Shown here piece by piece: positions 22,885-36,596 of a stretch of DNA of 64,000 nt. The notes beneath the pieces are model-generated. The model was not told where the DNA came from. It worked only from the letters and a program-made list of their open reading frames with translations, and ran no database searches. Numbering within the stretch: position 1 is the first letter of the stretch; the number at the start of each line of letters is the position of its first letter. The translations under genes were made by a program, and so were the position numbers. Source of the stretch: Eutreptiella sp. 'Long Island Sound 2002' (taxonomy: Eukaryota; Protista; Euglenida); NCBI GenBank assembly GCA_964036045.1, contig OZ038378.1:2914001-2978000 (forward strand). Reading direction: 5' to 3'.

Positions 22885-24911
22885 GTCTGATCTTAGGCAC
22901 TTAGGCTGGCGTTGCCCTTGCTGTTGCCTCCTTCCTCAGCCTGCCTTGGGCACTGCCCTGTCTCTCACGTGGTGGTGCTGTCATTGTTTCTGCTGACAAC
23001 AACAACACAACGGCAACGGCAACGACGACAGCAACCGGCAACGACAACGACGACGACCACAGCAGCAGCAGTTTATGTTGTGTTGTGCTGTCCTAGGAGA
23101 CATCCCTTATGCATCGACACACAGGTGTAGGACGAAGCTCCTGATGGTCTCAATGTATCTGGGGCAGATCACATGGCTGGTTGTAAGCTGCCACCGCTAC
23201 TTCACTTGTTTCTTTGAGCATCTTGTTGAAAGGGGGGGGGGGGGGAGGGTTGCCATCCATGTGCCGTGATCCGTGCTGGGCCCTTAACGAATCGGATGAT
23301 GTTGTTCAACCATTTGCAGGGCAGCAACACGGAAAATCGTATGCTGCTGCTGCTTCCTTGCCAGGAAAGTCTGGTGATGCAGCATGCTGCACTGGACCGC
23401 ATTGCACCACCGCAGCACCACCGCAGCACCAAAATGGGCGGTAAACACGTGTCTCTTTCGTCTTTGCCACAATTGAAAGGAAAAGGTAGCTCCCCCCTGT
23501 TGAATCATCAATCCTTTCCAATTTTTTCCCAAGGTCGTTGGGTGAGTGAAGGCTCAAAATCGAAATGGTTTGGAGGTTTTGTATTTTGGCCAGTTCCACA
23601 CCGAACTGTAGCCCAACAAGCAGATTGGTTTTGGTTGTTGGTGCAACACCATCACTGGACTGATGGCATGATGCCCATAGGGATCTCAGGGCCTGGGTCA
23701 GGCCTATGCGCTGTTTCTTGCAGTGCTGCGTTTGTTGCGGGGGATTCGCCAGTATCGCTGGCCTCACCGACTGGGGCATGTTCTGGGTTTGTCAGGCGAG
23801 CGAAAAACCTCCAGTGGCTGTTCAGTATCCTGGCCCCGGGAGGCCATCTCCCCACCCCCCACCCCCCCGCCCGTCCCCCTTAAAAGAAAACAGTGGCCCT
23901 GCTCTCCCGGACCTTCCAGGGCAATGTTTCGTGTGTTCTTTGAGTCACGAGGCCGTCACCCATTCTCAGTCTAAAATTGTTTCTTGCATTGCACACCCAT
24001 TCGCCTTGCGTTCTCTCGCTTTTTTTGCTGTTTCGGTTCGTAGCCATCACCTGCAGGCCCTGTGTCGCAGCTTGGTTGACCGCCTCACCCCCCAGCCCCC
24101 CAACGCAATTAGGCTTGAGCTCCTGGCCCCCCAACGCACGGTATGGGTTCAGGAGCCTCGGCCAGGGAACGATCAGCATACGCTGGCTCATAATGGAGAG
24201 GCTTGGACTTTATTAAGACGATGCCGGCCAGAATGTTAAGATTCATGTGTCGTGCCTCGAAATTTGCAATTGTCACGCAACGAGCTTTTCCGTCCTGAAT
24301 TCTTCATTCGCCCTGGGCGTCCCGCTCGCGGCGTATGTGTACCCGTCCACACACAACATCCCTGTGTAAAATCTGCAGCAAAACCTTGCAGCCATGCGTG
24401 AGCAATTCCAGCAGCAATCCACTGTCCAACGCCGCAGAACAAAGCCATAACAAACAGACACAGTCAGCTAAAGGTGGTGACCAGAGTGCAAGCCTGGGTT
24501 CGTCACGGAGATTAGCAAAAACAATGCCCCAGTAAGTACTGCTGGGGACCCCTTCAATGGTATGGCTGCAAGGGGCAGACCCGATTTATCAGGATATATT
24601 TGGGGGCGCAATCCGGGCTACTTACTCGAATTTGAGTTTTCCGGAGCCACCTTTTGGGTCAAACTTCGTTTTGGATTCGGATTCCTGATGAACAGGGAAG
24701 GGGTGACGGGGGGCAGGAGCTTCGTGCTTCCTTTTTTTTTTCAGATACGTCGCACTATCGCAGACAGGAAAAGTTAACCGATGCATGAATTGTATCATTT
24801 CAATGCCTCGTATCAAACGGGGGGCGAGTTATCTGGCTCCGTTGCTGGTAAGGCTAGGCAGCAACAACAGCAGCCGCAGCAGGTTCTCATTGTTGTTGTC
24901 ATTCCCACCAG

Positions 24912-25246
24912 ATTCCAGCCGTGCACCAGCGCCTGGGCGCGTGGCCCATGATGGCAGACGACGAGCCCTTCGACTTCTTCGGCAACAGCTGGACGCAGTG
25001 CACCGTCGCGGTTGCGCAACACCGCAGCTTTCTCCACCGGGTGTTCCCCCCGGCGGCCGCCGACGTCAACATTAGCGCCATCCGTGCGTACCACTTTGGG
25101 CTCTGGGACAACGCCATCTGCAAGTGTGCCCGGGCCCAGAAGGGCTTCCCCAAGACGGCGATGCTGGGGGGGCACAATTGCAACCCCCGGAGCGGCCTCT
25201 ACCGCTGGAGCATCAACTTCTTCGTGTTTGATCCTGAGGACATACG
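24912..25246 (+). CDS. Glycosyltransferase-like gene, exon 2 (IPAVHQRLGAW...QHRSFL...RWSINFFVFDPEDI)
   Basis: CCAG acceptor, phase 0; CG|GTGTGT donor, phase 2; coding codon bias. Confidence 0.85.
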
Positions 25247-26059
25247 GTGTGTGGTAGGAGGGATTGCCTGCTGGCAGAGGGTGTGCGCGTGGTCCGGGCT
25301 TCCTCGGAGAACGAAAGACGCCCAGCGGTGTCCTAGCGTCGCCCGTGAGGAGTTTTCTTGCGTCACTGCTTGCCCGTTCCGGGTTTGCGATTCTGATCGG
25401 GTGGGTGGGTGTGCGCGCGCGCATGCGCTTATGTTTTCTGGTCATTGTGTCCCCCTCGGTGCTGACCAGCAAACAGACACTCAACTCCATTTCATGCTCT
25501 CGGGTTCTCACATTCGCGCGCGCACGCGCGCGCGCGCGTGTGTGTGCGTCAGGGATGTGCTTAGTGTTCGGCCTACGGGACGGGGGGAGGGTGTTTTGGA
25601 AATGCTGGGTGGGTGGGTGTCCAAACGCCCGCCCCCCGCCCTTGGGCTGGGACGCTTATTTGTGTATGGGTGCTGATGGTTCACTTGGAAATTTTGCTCG
25701 TGTGTTGTGTACTGCAACCAGACAGCGGCCAAAGTGCATGTGTGGATGACCTCGTCAGGCCACAAAACAACTTAGTATTGCACGAGTAGCCACCTCTCCA
25801 TGGGCAGGCCTGGACAGTGTGGGCCAGTGCAGGCGCTTTTGTGCATTGCCACTCGAGTAGTGTGCATTGAGTACTTGAGGGTAAGGGGTTGGAATTATGG
25901 TGTTGCCAGTCCATCAACCAGCCCTGCCCTGCCATGCACGTCTGTGTGCATGCAGTACTTTCAAGTATCGATTTGATGTCTGTTGCAATTCTGTTTTGGT
26001 CGTAACGGATGTGGATGTGCTTATCTACGGGGGGGGGGTTCTAGACAAAAGACCTTGAG

Positions 26060-26400
26060 CTAGTCGACGTGCCAGACATGCTGCGGGCAGTAGTAACCGA
26101 ACATGGGAAGCATGCGGGCGAAAGGCCGCGGCAACTGGTAGGCCTCATTGACTAGCCAGAAAGGGGGACAGTGCAGATAGACGGAGCCATCCCCCCAGTG
26201 TTGGAGGAGTGGCGCCTCAGGGGCGTAAAGAAGGTGTGGTGTCAAGAAACGGCGCCAACGGCCACGCAGCCGCTAGAAGTGTGGAAAGCGTTGTGGGTGG
26301 TGCATCTACCAGCAGTCACCTTTGAGTTGGTGTACAAGGTGTTGTAGAAGAAGCTGTTGGTATAGCAGTGCGTCGGGCGGAAATCAACGAGACATGTGCT
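26060..26400 (-). pseudogene. Coding-like remnant antisense within GT intron 2, possibly the DIRS/Ngaro methyltransferase-like domain
   Basis: RCTTHNAFHTSSGCVAVGAVS and QHWGDGSVYLHCPPFWLV resemble the DIRS pattern K..RFNS...PG..AVDAF...W......PP..LI; one frameshift. Confidence 0.3.
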
Positions 26401-26995
26401 TGGTGTGGGGCACTGGTGTCCGTGTATCATTAGCCTCACGCATGTACTGTATGACGTGATGCACACACGGTACTACTTGCTTTGGATCCAAATGTGCCAA
26501 ATAGTCGCCACACATTTCCACTTCACATGTGGCCATTTCAACATGCAGCAACCACATACACACAGCGACACACAGTGACACACTGACACATGACAGTGGT
26601 ACACTTTGATACACTGCAAGTTTTTCTATATAATATATAACCTTTCCGCATACAAGCCACATGTGGCCGCATGATATCTCCAATTTGATGTTCATCTTTT
26701 TTAATGGTTCCAACACAAGACCCAAGCAATTTCATTTCAATTTCAGTTGATGACTTCGTTTTCGGCATCCATGACCGAGGGCAGCCCAGGGTATGCAGTA
26801 CCGGTATGGTTTGCTTGAAAGTTGGAAAATGTCAGTTTCCTTTAAGCCTGACGGCAGCTGCTGGGGTCCCCTGCATGTGCGTCCGTGCGTGCTCCTGTGT
26901 GATTTGCATCCAGCACACGAGACATTACTCATCCCTTGTGTTGCACAGGCAGGTCCGTTGTGTTGTGCAAGCACATCCTTCTCGGTGTCTCACAG

Positions 26996-27203
26996 GCAGT
27001 CATTCAGTGAGTACGATGAAATATTCTTCTCACAGACGCTGCCGCGACAGCATGCCAAAGGCACGGCTGTCGTGGGGCAGGCGCTGGCTGTGCATGGCAT
27101 GTACAACGTGCAGCGCAGGCGCTGTCCAGAACTGGACGAAGAGGAGGCATACTTAGCGCAGTATCATCGCTTGGCCCTGGCATATTGCGCCCGCCCGCTG
27201 TAG
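26996..27203 (+). CDS. Glycosyltransferase-like gene, exon 3 (QSFSEYDEIFFSQTLP...ALAVHGMYNVQR...YHRLALAYCARPL*)
   Basis: CACAG acceptor, phase 2. The spliced CDS of 741+335+208 = 1284 nt gives 427 aa plus stop with no frame break. Confidence 0.85.
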
Positions 27204-27588
27204 CTCATGGGGTTTGTTTTAACACCGCATTTGCGCACAGGGCCGTCTGGAGGGGCTGCCAATTCGCTGGGCGGCTGAAGCAGAAACGAAGCAGCCAAAA
27301 CAGTGGCGCGTGCTGACCTTTGCAGCGCCGGCTGTGCGACGGGGGTGGTGTGAGAACAGGGCCGGACGGAACTGCAGCCGAGGTCATTTTGAGGGACAAA
27401 TGTTGGTCCCGCTGGATTCCCCTACACTAAACCCCCCAGAGCCCTGTCCAAGGATGCATTAGAATGAAAGGTTTGTGAGGAGGAGGTACCCCCTCTGGGG
27501 TCCAAACCTCCACCGCCCCCCTCCAATGCGCGCGACAAGCTGAGCTGGTGTATGGGAAAATTTTTCAGATCAACACGGAGTGCCGGTC

Positions 27589-27764
27589 CACAGCAGCAAA
27601 TAGTGCCTCACTGATGCACTCTTGCGTGCCTCACTGATGCATTTGTCTTTTCGTCCTCATCATCAGGTTCCTCCTCATCGGGATCCTCTTCTGGGTCTGA
27701 TTCAGACTTATTTTACTGCTTCACTGTTGACAGGACCTCTGCAGAAGCCGGATTTATTGTTTTG
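27589..27764. repeat. 176-bp sequence, inverted copy of 35609-35784
   Basis: Manual alignment shows 4 mismatches. Confidence 0.92.
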
Positions 27765-29689
27765 CCATGCACCGCAACATCCGTTGACAAGGAGGAGGTT
27801 CCACTCCCCGCCCCTCTCAGACCCCCCCCCCCCGGCTCTAATGCGTCCCTGACCCTGCCCTGACCCACTTCCCTCCCAAATTGGCCACCATCAGCTCAGT
27901 CATGATCACACAGAGCCGGTTCCTACAGAGCTGTGCACTGGATGCAGCTGTTTCTTACTGAGTTCTGGGTGTCACAGGACTACTGAGTGGCAACTTGCAG
28001 GGGGCGCTGCCGGACACTGGTGGCAAATCAGCCCCCTCCCCTTCCCCGGCCCTCCCACTTCCATCAGACCCCTATTTCACGTCGTGAGGGTTGTGGTCCA
28101 AAATTACGTTTCAGCCTCAACCCCCTCCCCCATTTTGGTGTGTGCATTTTGCAGGCAGCTGCTGCCCGCATTATGATGAAGTTGTTGCTAGATTTTATTC
28201 TGACCTACTTTCCCACCGAGACTTTTTCAATTACACTGTCGCCACGTTTACATTTAGTCCCCTTTGTTGGAGTCGTGTGAGCCACACCGTAGAACGCAAT
28301 GCAGTGACCCTGTGTGCCAGAGTGCATCGGACACCGCTACTCAACTGGGCACCAGGGACAGCATGAATGAGACCAGTATAGGGAGGGGGCCTTTCATTGT
28401 CTTCCAGTTGATCCGTGCAGTGTACAGTGCGACCCGGGATGCCCAATATCAAGATGGCTTGCCCCACATGACAACACGTGCGTCAGAATCTGCCTGCCCC
28501 TCAGTTTACACCAGCAACAGGCCTACGGTCGCGCAGGTTGTGTAGGACGAAAGCAGCCCTCGTGTCATCACACGTTGCCTGCGGGCCCATGCTCTTCTGA
28601 CCTACCATACCTCCTCCTATTGCTTTTGAGATTCCTTACAGGCGTCATCGGTCCAGGATTCAAGTTCCAAGAACGTTTTGAGTTTGGTGTGCTGTGGCGT
28701 GCCTTCAGATTACTCCACCCCAGCACCCCCCTCTGGACCGATTCAAGTGGGCACAGATGAGAAGGACGACATGGGCTGGTGTGCCAACGCACCTGAGGAC
28801 CCCAATGCCTGCAGAAAGTGCGATACAAATGGAACAGTACCGTTGCCATGCCCAATACTGCACATTGCTGGGGTGAGTGTTATGTCTTCACCAGTTTTAC
28901 CGTCATGCTTCCCCTCTCTCAGCAGCGGGCTAGAACAAAATGCAACTCTAGCATGTTCCTGACTGTGCGTGTCTGGGGGTTGTGGGTGGCATGTCATGTC
29001 TCTTACTTGTGCGCCCCAGTTAGCTTTGTGGCAGTGATTATTTCGGGGAACACATGTTGGCATCTCCAGCATCTGGTTCACTAACACAAGGCTTTCAAGA
29101 TGGTGTTACCCTCCCTGATTTCACTGAATGGGCGCTGCTGCATGTGCTTTTGGACGGGGTCACGATGCGGGGGCACTGCAACCTTTGGTACACAAACCAC
29201 TGTACATGGAGCAGCAATAGGTGCATTAGGAATGGGCTGCAGAGTACCGGACAGTCCACTTGCCCCTATGGTGAGAGACATGTCAGCACCTTGCCTCTGT
29301 CGGCTTCCCACACGAGGACTTCCACACCCCTGCGGGGGTGTATGTGGCATGGCTGCTGCAGGGTGGTACGCCATGTTATGGGGCTGACGGGCAGTGTGCC
29401 CCTTGTACTGTCCATCCAGAATTGGTCCCGCAATGTGGGTGGAAGAGGCTTCCTGACCACGTGAAGCTGTACATTCTTGGGCGGCCGACCGAGCTGGTAG
29501 CATGACCAAACCCTACCCCCGTTGGTGTGCTAGAGGTGGTGCACCGCTGCCAACCATGTGCTCCTGTTCACTTTGCCACCCCATGAGCCGGTGCAGTCTG
29601 CTTGCAGTCTCGGCGTGGGCACCCTGACTGTGACGTCCTGACGTGTGGAGCCCCCCTTGCCCCTCAGAGCAGTGTCACCACTGGCAACC

Positions 29690-30012
29690 TGTTAACCCGT
29701 TGGGCGTGGACAACCCCCCCCCCCCCCCTCCAAACCGAGAATGATGTCAAGTCTGACCAGCAATAACATATATTTACCGGCTATCTTACCATTTATAACC
29801 CCACCCCCAGGAATGATGTCAAGTCCCACCGTGTGTAACCTGGTAACCCATTGCGCTTTGACCAGCCACCCCTACCCCCAAACCGCAGATGTTATCAAGT
29901 GTGACCAGCAATAACCTGTTGACGCATTTTGCTTTTACCCGCTGTCTTACCATGCATAATCCCACCCCAAGGAATGTCAAGTCTCACCATGTGTAACCTG
30001 GTAACCCATTGC
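29690..30012 (+). repeat. Two diverged direct repeats of about 150 bp ending in GTGTAACCTGGTAACCCATTGCGC
   Basis: Shared ATGATGTCAAGT / GACCAGCAATAAC / CTTACCAT blocks in the same order. Confidence 0.75.
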
Positions 30013-32313
30013 GCCATTTTCAGTATTTTCATTCCTGTTTGTCTCCCGTGCTTCCATGTAAGGGTCTCATGTAATTTTTATGCAGAAGCATGGTAAAGGT
30101 TTTCCAGCACTATCAAACAAAAAAAAAAGCATCCTACTGTTGTACAAGATTTTCAATTTGCAGGTTTCACCATGTGTTTGGCTGAAACAGTTGCTGAAAA
30201 AATTGAAGATGATGGTTGTTGTCCACCTGCTTTTTGTCATTTGTCGGGCTTTTTTTTTTTTTGAGTTTTTTGCCCAGAATGTGTACTGAGGTTGTCAGTG
30301 TAGCTGGGCTCTGGTGCTTCAGAGTACTTGTTGCTTGACTTGATGTTAGAGTGACCACTTTGATTCTTTGTCCCGAGGATAGTACTTCCCACCAATCCCC
30401 ACAAGGTCCCACTGTGCACAGAGGATGTGCACTTGAGATTACATCAACACACAAGACTGCGGTACATGTGATATCCATTGTTGTACACTGCACTACTAGA
30501 CCCTGCATGGACGTGAGAGGACTGCCAGCTGTCGGTGGGGTACACAACACCGCAGAGTCTGAGCCACTGCCTGGCAACCGCTGTGCGACATGAATCAAGC
30601 CATCCCCTGCGCAATGATGGTAACAGAAGTGGTCCCTGTGGTGAACAGCAGAGCCAATGGGAGGCCAGTGATGGATAGTGATCATCTGAGAGCGGGGAAT
30701 TTTGTGGGTTTGTGGCATGAATAGTCTTGAATAATCACAAAGCATCACGAATTTGGCCAATTTTTTATATCACAGATAACCACCAATCATCACGAAGCCA
30801 TTTTTTTTTTCAGACTCTAAATAATCACGCATCTATTTTTTTCTGGTTTCTTCTTTGTTCAGGCTGTTTCATATCTGAATCTGAATGTGGCACACAGAAT
30901 GCGCTTGAGCACTCACAATCACAAGACATTTCTGCTGTTGATGCAACAACTCCTGCTGATGCTACTGCTACTGCTGATGAATTCATTAGAAAAATGAACA
31001 TTGGCAGCGTGGCGGTACCGTAACAGCTGCAAAACGGGCTGCACAGTTCCTTCCACAGGACATGATTACACGGGGTGATGACATGCTTTGCAAATGGTGC
31101 TGAGCAGTGGTCAAGTGGGAGGAAGCCTCATATGCAATATCTCATTTGAAGAATTTGAAGCATAAAAGGGCAAAGGGGGCAGAATGAAATGCCAAACTTG
31201 TGGAGCAACCTGGGGCATCAGCCGCAATCATTGCCACACCACCCACTGACATGAAATGAAAGAGGGGCCTTGTTAGCTGTGCAGACCCAGCTACTACTGT
31301 GTATTTGCCCAATTGACAGTTTTTCAAACAACTTGGGGTCCTGATTTAAGCAAATTTGGCCCTTATCCTCCTTATTTTGGTTCGTGCCACGGGCTGTGCT
31401 ATGCCGAAATTTTTTGGTACAAGAAAATCACGGATAGTCACGCATAAAATCACAAATAATCACGAATCTGATCGGTCATTCACCAGCACAAACCCATGGA
31501 AATCCCTGCCTGAGAGGCGGCGGTCATGAGCTGAGGGTGCGCCGGCGTCCACGTCAACGCACCACCCTGCACACCGGCGGCCGGGGGGCAATACCGCGAT
31601 CGGGTTCCAGAACCTGGACAACCGAAGGCTCTTTTGTGCCTGTGCACACATATGTCGGGATTGTTTGATGAGAATTGTGTTGCTGTCTGTTGGTCCACCA
31701 AGAGGGTTGGCATGAGGCAGGGCATTGTGCAGCAATCCGCTGGAAGAAGCCGTTTCAGGGCGTCGATGTAGACCACCTTCTTGTCCAATTACTTGCCACT
31801 GGTCAAGCAGCAAAACATTGCTGGTGTTGCGAGTATCAGACGCGGTGCGCGCGCGGTGCATGCGCGGTGCGGGTACTGGGGTTGTTCCGTAGACCCTTTC
31901 ATCCAGAGCCAATCAGGGGGAATGGTAATGCCTCAAGAGCCCACCAGGTACCATTTACAACTCCTCTCCCAGTAGACCATCTCCGAGGGAAGTTGTTCAA
32001 ATACCTGACGCGGTGCGGACGCGGTGCGCGCGCGGTGCGGATACTCCCCCAAAGGGTGAGGGACCTTACACCGACTTTTTGCCACTGATGCCTCTGTGTC
32101 CCCTCCTGTATAGGAGGTTTGAATTCCGCCCCCCCCCCTGCTTCCCCCCCTTTCAAGTACAAGCCCAGGCGGGGGGGGGGGTGTCGGATGACTCCCTAAG
32201 GGGCTGTGATGCAAGGCCAGGTAGACATTTTATTTTCTCATGGGACCCTCTGTTCCTTGCCGCATCATGCCGTTTCACACAGAGCGGCTTGGTTGTCACG
32301 GCCGCGTGGTTCG

Positions 32314-34363
32314 ATGGAACCGCACGATGTCATTAAGTTGCAAAGCGAAGTGGACCATCTGATCGTGTATGGCCGCGACGTGCGGATGGTGTCCGAAGAT
32401 CAGGTCTGTTTCGTGCTTGTTCAAGCGGGCCTGTCCTTTGATTGGTCTCCATCAATTCTGACGTCCCCTCCCTCCTTCATCAGACTCGTTGGATTTTGTG
32501 ACGGTGGGGGCCCGCACCCTGAAAGGGGGCGCGCTTGACGCGGCACATGCCCAGCGTAACGGAATAGGGCCCCATAGGAATGTGCAGTGCCACTCTGGTG
32601 GGGCAACGATGGGGATGCGGTACGCACGTTGCGCGCGGCTGTTCGGGCAACCTGCTTGGGACCTTTCGCTTTCAACGTCCCTTTTTCTTGTCTTTTTCTC
32701 GTCTTTTTTTTTTTGCCGGGCGGGGGGGGGGGAATCTGCCGTTCCGGCACAAACGCATCAACAAGTGTTCCACATCAGCGGTGCGGTTTCAGGCAGTGCC
32801 TTTTTGGGAACAGTCGGGTGGTTTGGCACTGTGGTCCATGGGCAGCGCCGCCTGGTCCCTTGTGCGGGAGGCAAGTCACAGAGCGCCTGCATGGCACACC
32901 GATGCGAACTGCATGGCGTCCAGATGCGCGTCCCGGAGTGCCTCCATGGCACACAAATGCAAGTCACAGAGCGCCTGCATCGCGCACAGATGGGGCCGAA
33001 CCCGCGGAATCTTGGAAACACGCCTGGGGCCCCGCTCCGGTGTCTGATTGCTTTGGCTGTGGTCTGGGACCCGAGAGCGCGTCTGTGTACCATTCTGGTC
33101 CCATGTGCCCAGAAGGGGTGCCATGAGGGTGAAGTGTGGGCGAGGGGTGAGGTGGGGGTTGGCCACCTCTTCCACGGTGCAAAAAGGGACAGGGCCTATG
33201 GGTTGGGAATGGGGCAGCGCAGGGAATGGGGGGTTGGGGGGGGCAATGGACCCTTCTTTGCTCGCCAGCGCAGAGTCGTGCACACCCATCTGTTTCCCAT
33301 AGCGGGGCAGTGGACAACACGGACATGCAGAAAATGAAGAAAACAGAGGAGACCGCAAGCACTCGTCTTCAAACCAATTCCATCTCCATTGCTGGTCCCC
33401 CACAAGCCACCCAAAGATGTAACACTGAGCACATTGGGCGCGGGGGCGGTATGAGGGCAGGGTCCAAGCATCGAGGGTGCGCTCGTGGTGGTGAAAAGTG
33501 GGAGGGGAAAGGTGTGACTGCGTGACGTTGAGCAAGCTGGTGCCGCGTTGCTTCACCGCAGGTCATGAACTGCTTCATAACCCACATCGACGCATTGGAC
33601 GCAGGGTTTTCGTTGGAGAGCACTTTCAGTAACGATGTTGTGGACGAGTACCATCGGGCCGGGGTGTGCGTCCCACCCCGCCGTCTGAGGACTTGATGTG
33701 TCCAAGCGCTGACGTCATGTTGGGAAGGATTGTGCCACAGGAACCCCCTGCCCCCCGATGTGGCTGGGATTGTGGTCGCCAGAGCCGCTGAACTCCCAAC
33801 ACCAGCCCCTACCGATTTTCTGGGCAGGACTCCAGGGTCTGAGTGTTGCCATCCATATCGTTCGTGCTGTTGGTCGTCCTGCTTCATTTGTTTCATAATC
33901 AGAGAATTCTTTATTTCGCTCGGGACACCCGAAAGGTCTTGGGATTGTGGCCATCCAACGACGGTTGGCTCTTCACTGACCGCGGCTTGTGGTCAACCGA
34001 TTCAGTCAGCCGGCAAACAACAGCAGGCCGGTCCTCTGTGGAGGTCTGCGCGTAATCCGACGGAAGGCTCTTTTTTCCCATTAAGTGTGGCCATGGCTGT
34101 TGGCTTGCATGTCATTTGTGTCCTGTTTGTCGTGCCAATGGTTTCAGAGGCTCGCCAAGGCACTTTGCAACACAGCCAAACGAAAGGCTGAGAAAGCGTT
34201 GGAAAAAGATTGATTCCAAGCGGAAGTTGGCTGTTCTAGAGACTGCGGAGGGGGGCATTGGTGTCGGTGGTCGTTAGTCCTGGTGCAATTTTGGTTGCGG
34301 GCGATGCCCGTGTGTGGACGTGTGTCTGTGTGGGAGGGGGGGGGGTATGCACGTATGGGTGGA

Positions 34364-34394
<31 letters not shown>

Positions 34395-35276
34395 CTGCAC
34401 GTGTGCGTGCGTGTGTGGGTGTGGGTGTATGTGTGTGTGAATGTAGATGGAGATGCAGGCGTTCTGTGTAGCTGCATGCATTTTTTCTTTGTTTTTTCTT
34501 TTCCCTTGTTTGTTTTCATCTCTTGCTTGCGTTTTGAGTGCTTTTTTTGTTTGGTGTTCTTTTGCAGGCACACCGCAAGCACGGGGTTCAGCTTCTTGAT
34601 GCAGTATAGCAACAAGCCTTTACGCTGCTGTCACGTGGCAGGACATTTCAAGTAATGATAGGCCACGCAAGCCAGTGTTAAGGGTTCTGGTCACCCGGTC
34701 ATTCATAGCGATATATGGGCCTGAAAGTGCTTCGAAAGCACAAATAGCACACAGGGATGTCTGGGCTCTAGAGTGCTGAAGAACAACAGGGCCAATCAAA
34801 GGGGCTGTTTGCAGTACCATTTATCTAAAATCGTTAATAGAGTATAGACAGACAAGTGCTACGGTACCTGGGGATACCCAGAGGGCCAGATTAATCAACA
34901 AGGGGACCAGTACAACCTGAAGGATGAATGGGCTTGTGCAGCAGTGACTGTTGTTGTTTGTTGCTGTTGTATTGCCTGTGCCTTCTGTGCATCCCGGCAA
35001 TGGCAACGGTAAGGCGTGGTTTGTTTTGTTTTCGTTTCGTTTTGCCTTTGGTCGGTTATGCTCTGCTTTTTGGGGCTGCAGCGATCAGTTTGTTTACACA
35101 CAGGCCCAGCACGTTCGCAGTTTCGTCGCAGGTTCATCAGCCCCGACTCTCCATCAAGTGCAGAACAAGATGCCTCTGGTAAGAGGGCTAAGGGCCAAGG
35201 GCTTAGGGTAAGGGGGTGTGCGTGTGTACTGTCCCCAATAACAACAGCAGCAGCAGCAGCAGCAGCAAGACCAATA

Positions 35277-35318
<42 letters not shown>

Positions 35319-36565
35319 TGCATGTGTGCGTGTGTGTGCATGCATGTTGGATGTGTGTGTGTGTGTGCGTGTGTGTGTGTGCGTGCGTGTGTGTGACTGA
35401 GCTATGACAGTTGAGACACCCTGTAGCTTAGTGCCGTGCTGTCCGAGGTAGCCATCTCAAGTGTTTTGACTGGTATCACATCTGTCTGACGCACTAGCAC
35501 AGGACATACTTCGTGTGTGCATGTGTGTGTACGCACATGTACGCCCGCACACGGGCGCATGTTTGGGCGCAGCATGTCGTTAGCTGGGTGTTTGGTGTAT
35601 GGCAAACTCAAAACAATAAATCCGGCTTCTGCAGAGGTCCTGTCAACAGTGAAGCAGTAAAATAAGTCTGAATCAGACCCAGAAGAGGATCCTGATGAGG
35701 AGGAACCTGATGATGAGGACGAGGAGACAAGTGCATCAGTGAGGCACGCAAGAGTGCATCAGTGAGGCACTATTTGCTGCTGTGTGTTTCAGTATGGGCC
35801 AACTGTTTCCGTCTGGGCAGCTGGACATAGTTTCTGTGTACCGTTTTGTATGAGCAACTGGCCCCTTGGTGCAGCGGCCTTCCCTCAGAGAAGTCAGCGA
35901 TGTCAGTGAGCACACCAGGGTGCTCGTTCGTGGAGAGGGATGATTTAGCTGAACCCAGGTTGCAGTGGGCCCAGAGCACCACCCGCTGATTGTGAGCTTT
36001 GTCTCATCAGTTCTGCTAGCCGCCAGTAGTGACTGTATGTATGTGTGTGTGGGTGTGTTAGTTATGGGGGGTGACATACCGGTTACGGTGTGTTACAGGT
36101 GTGCTATGTCCACAGTGCTGCTTGTACCTCTGTGCTACGTTACTGAGCGACTGGACCCTTGGTGCAGCGGCTTACCCCTCCAAGAAGTTAGTGATGTCAG
36201 TGAGATGTCACACCAAGGTGCTCGCTAATGGAGAGGGATGTCTCGGCTGAACCCAAGTTGTTGTGAGCCCTGAGCACCAGTCGCTGCATGTGACCTGTCC
36301 GTGTGTGGCGTCTCAGTGTCTGGTCCTGGCTTGCGCTGCAGTTTGCGCTGCAGGACCTGAACATAGCTCTGATAGCAATGCTCCATGTGTACACTCACTG
36401 TTTTTATGGGACTGTATGGTATACTACAAGCATGTGTGTGTTATTGCTGGGCCTTTCCCTGTTCTGTTTGTGTACTGGCAGTTGCTGGCTACGCATCCCC
36501 TGTACTCTAGAGCGTCTGTTCCAGAATGAGAGTATTTCTCTTTGGCACTTCTGTTTTGGTCGGAA

Positions 36566-36596
<31 letters not shown>

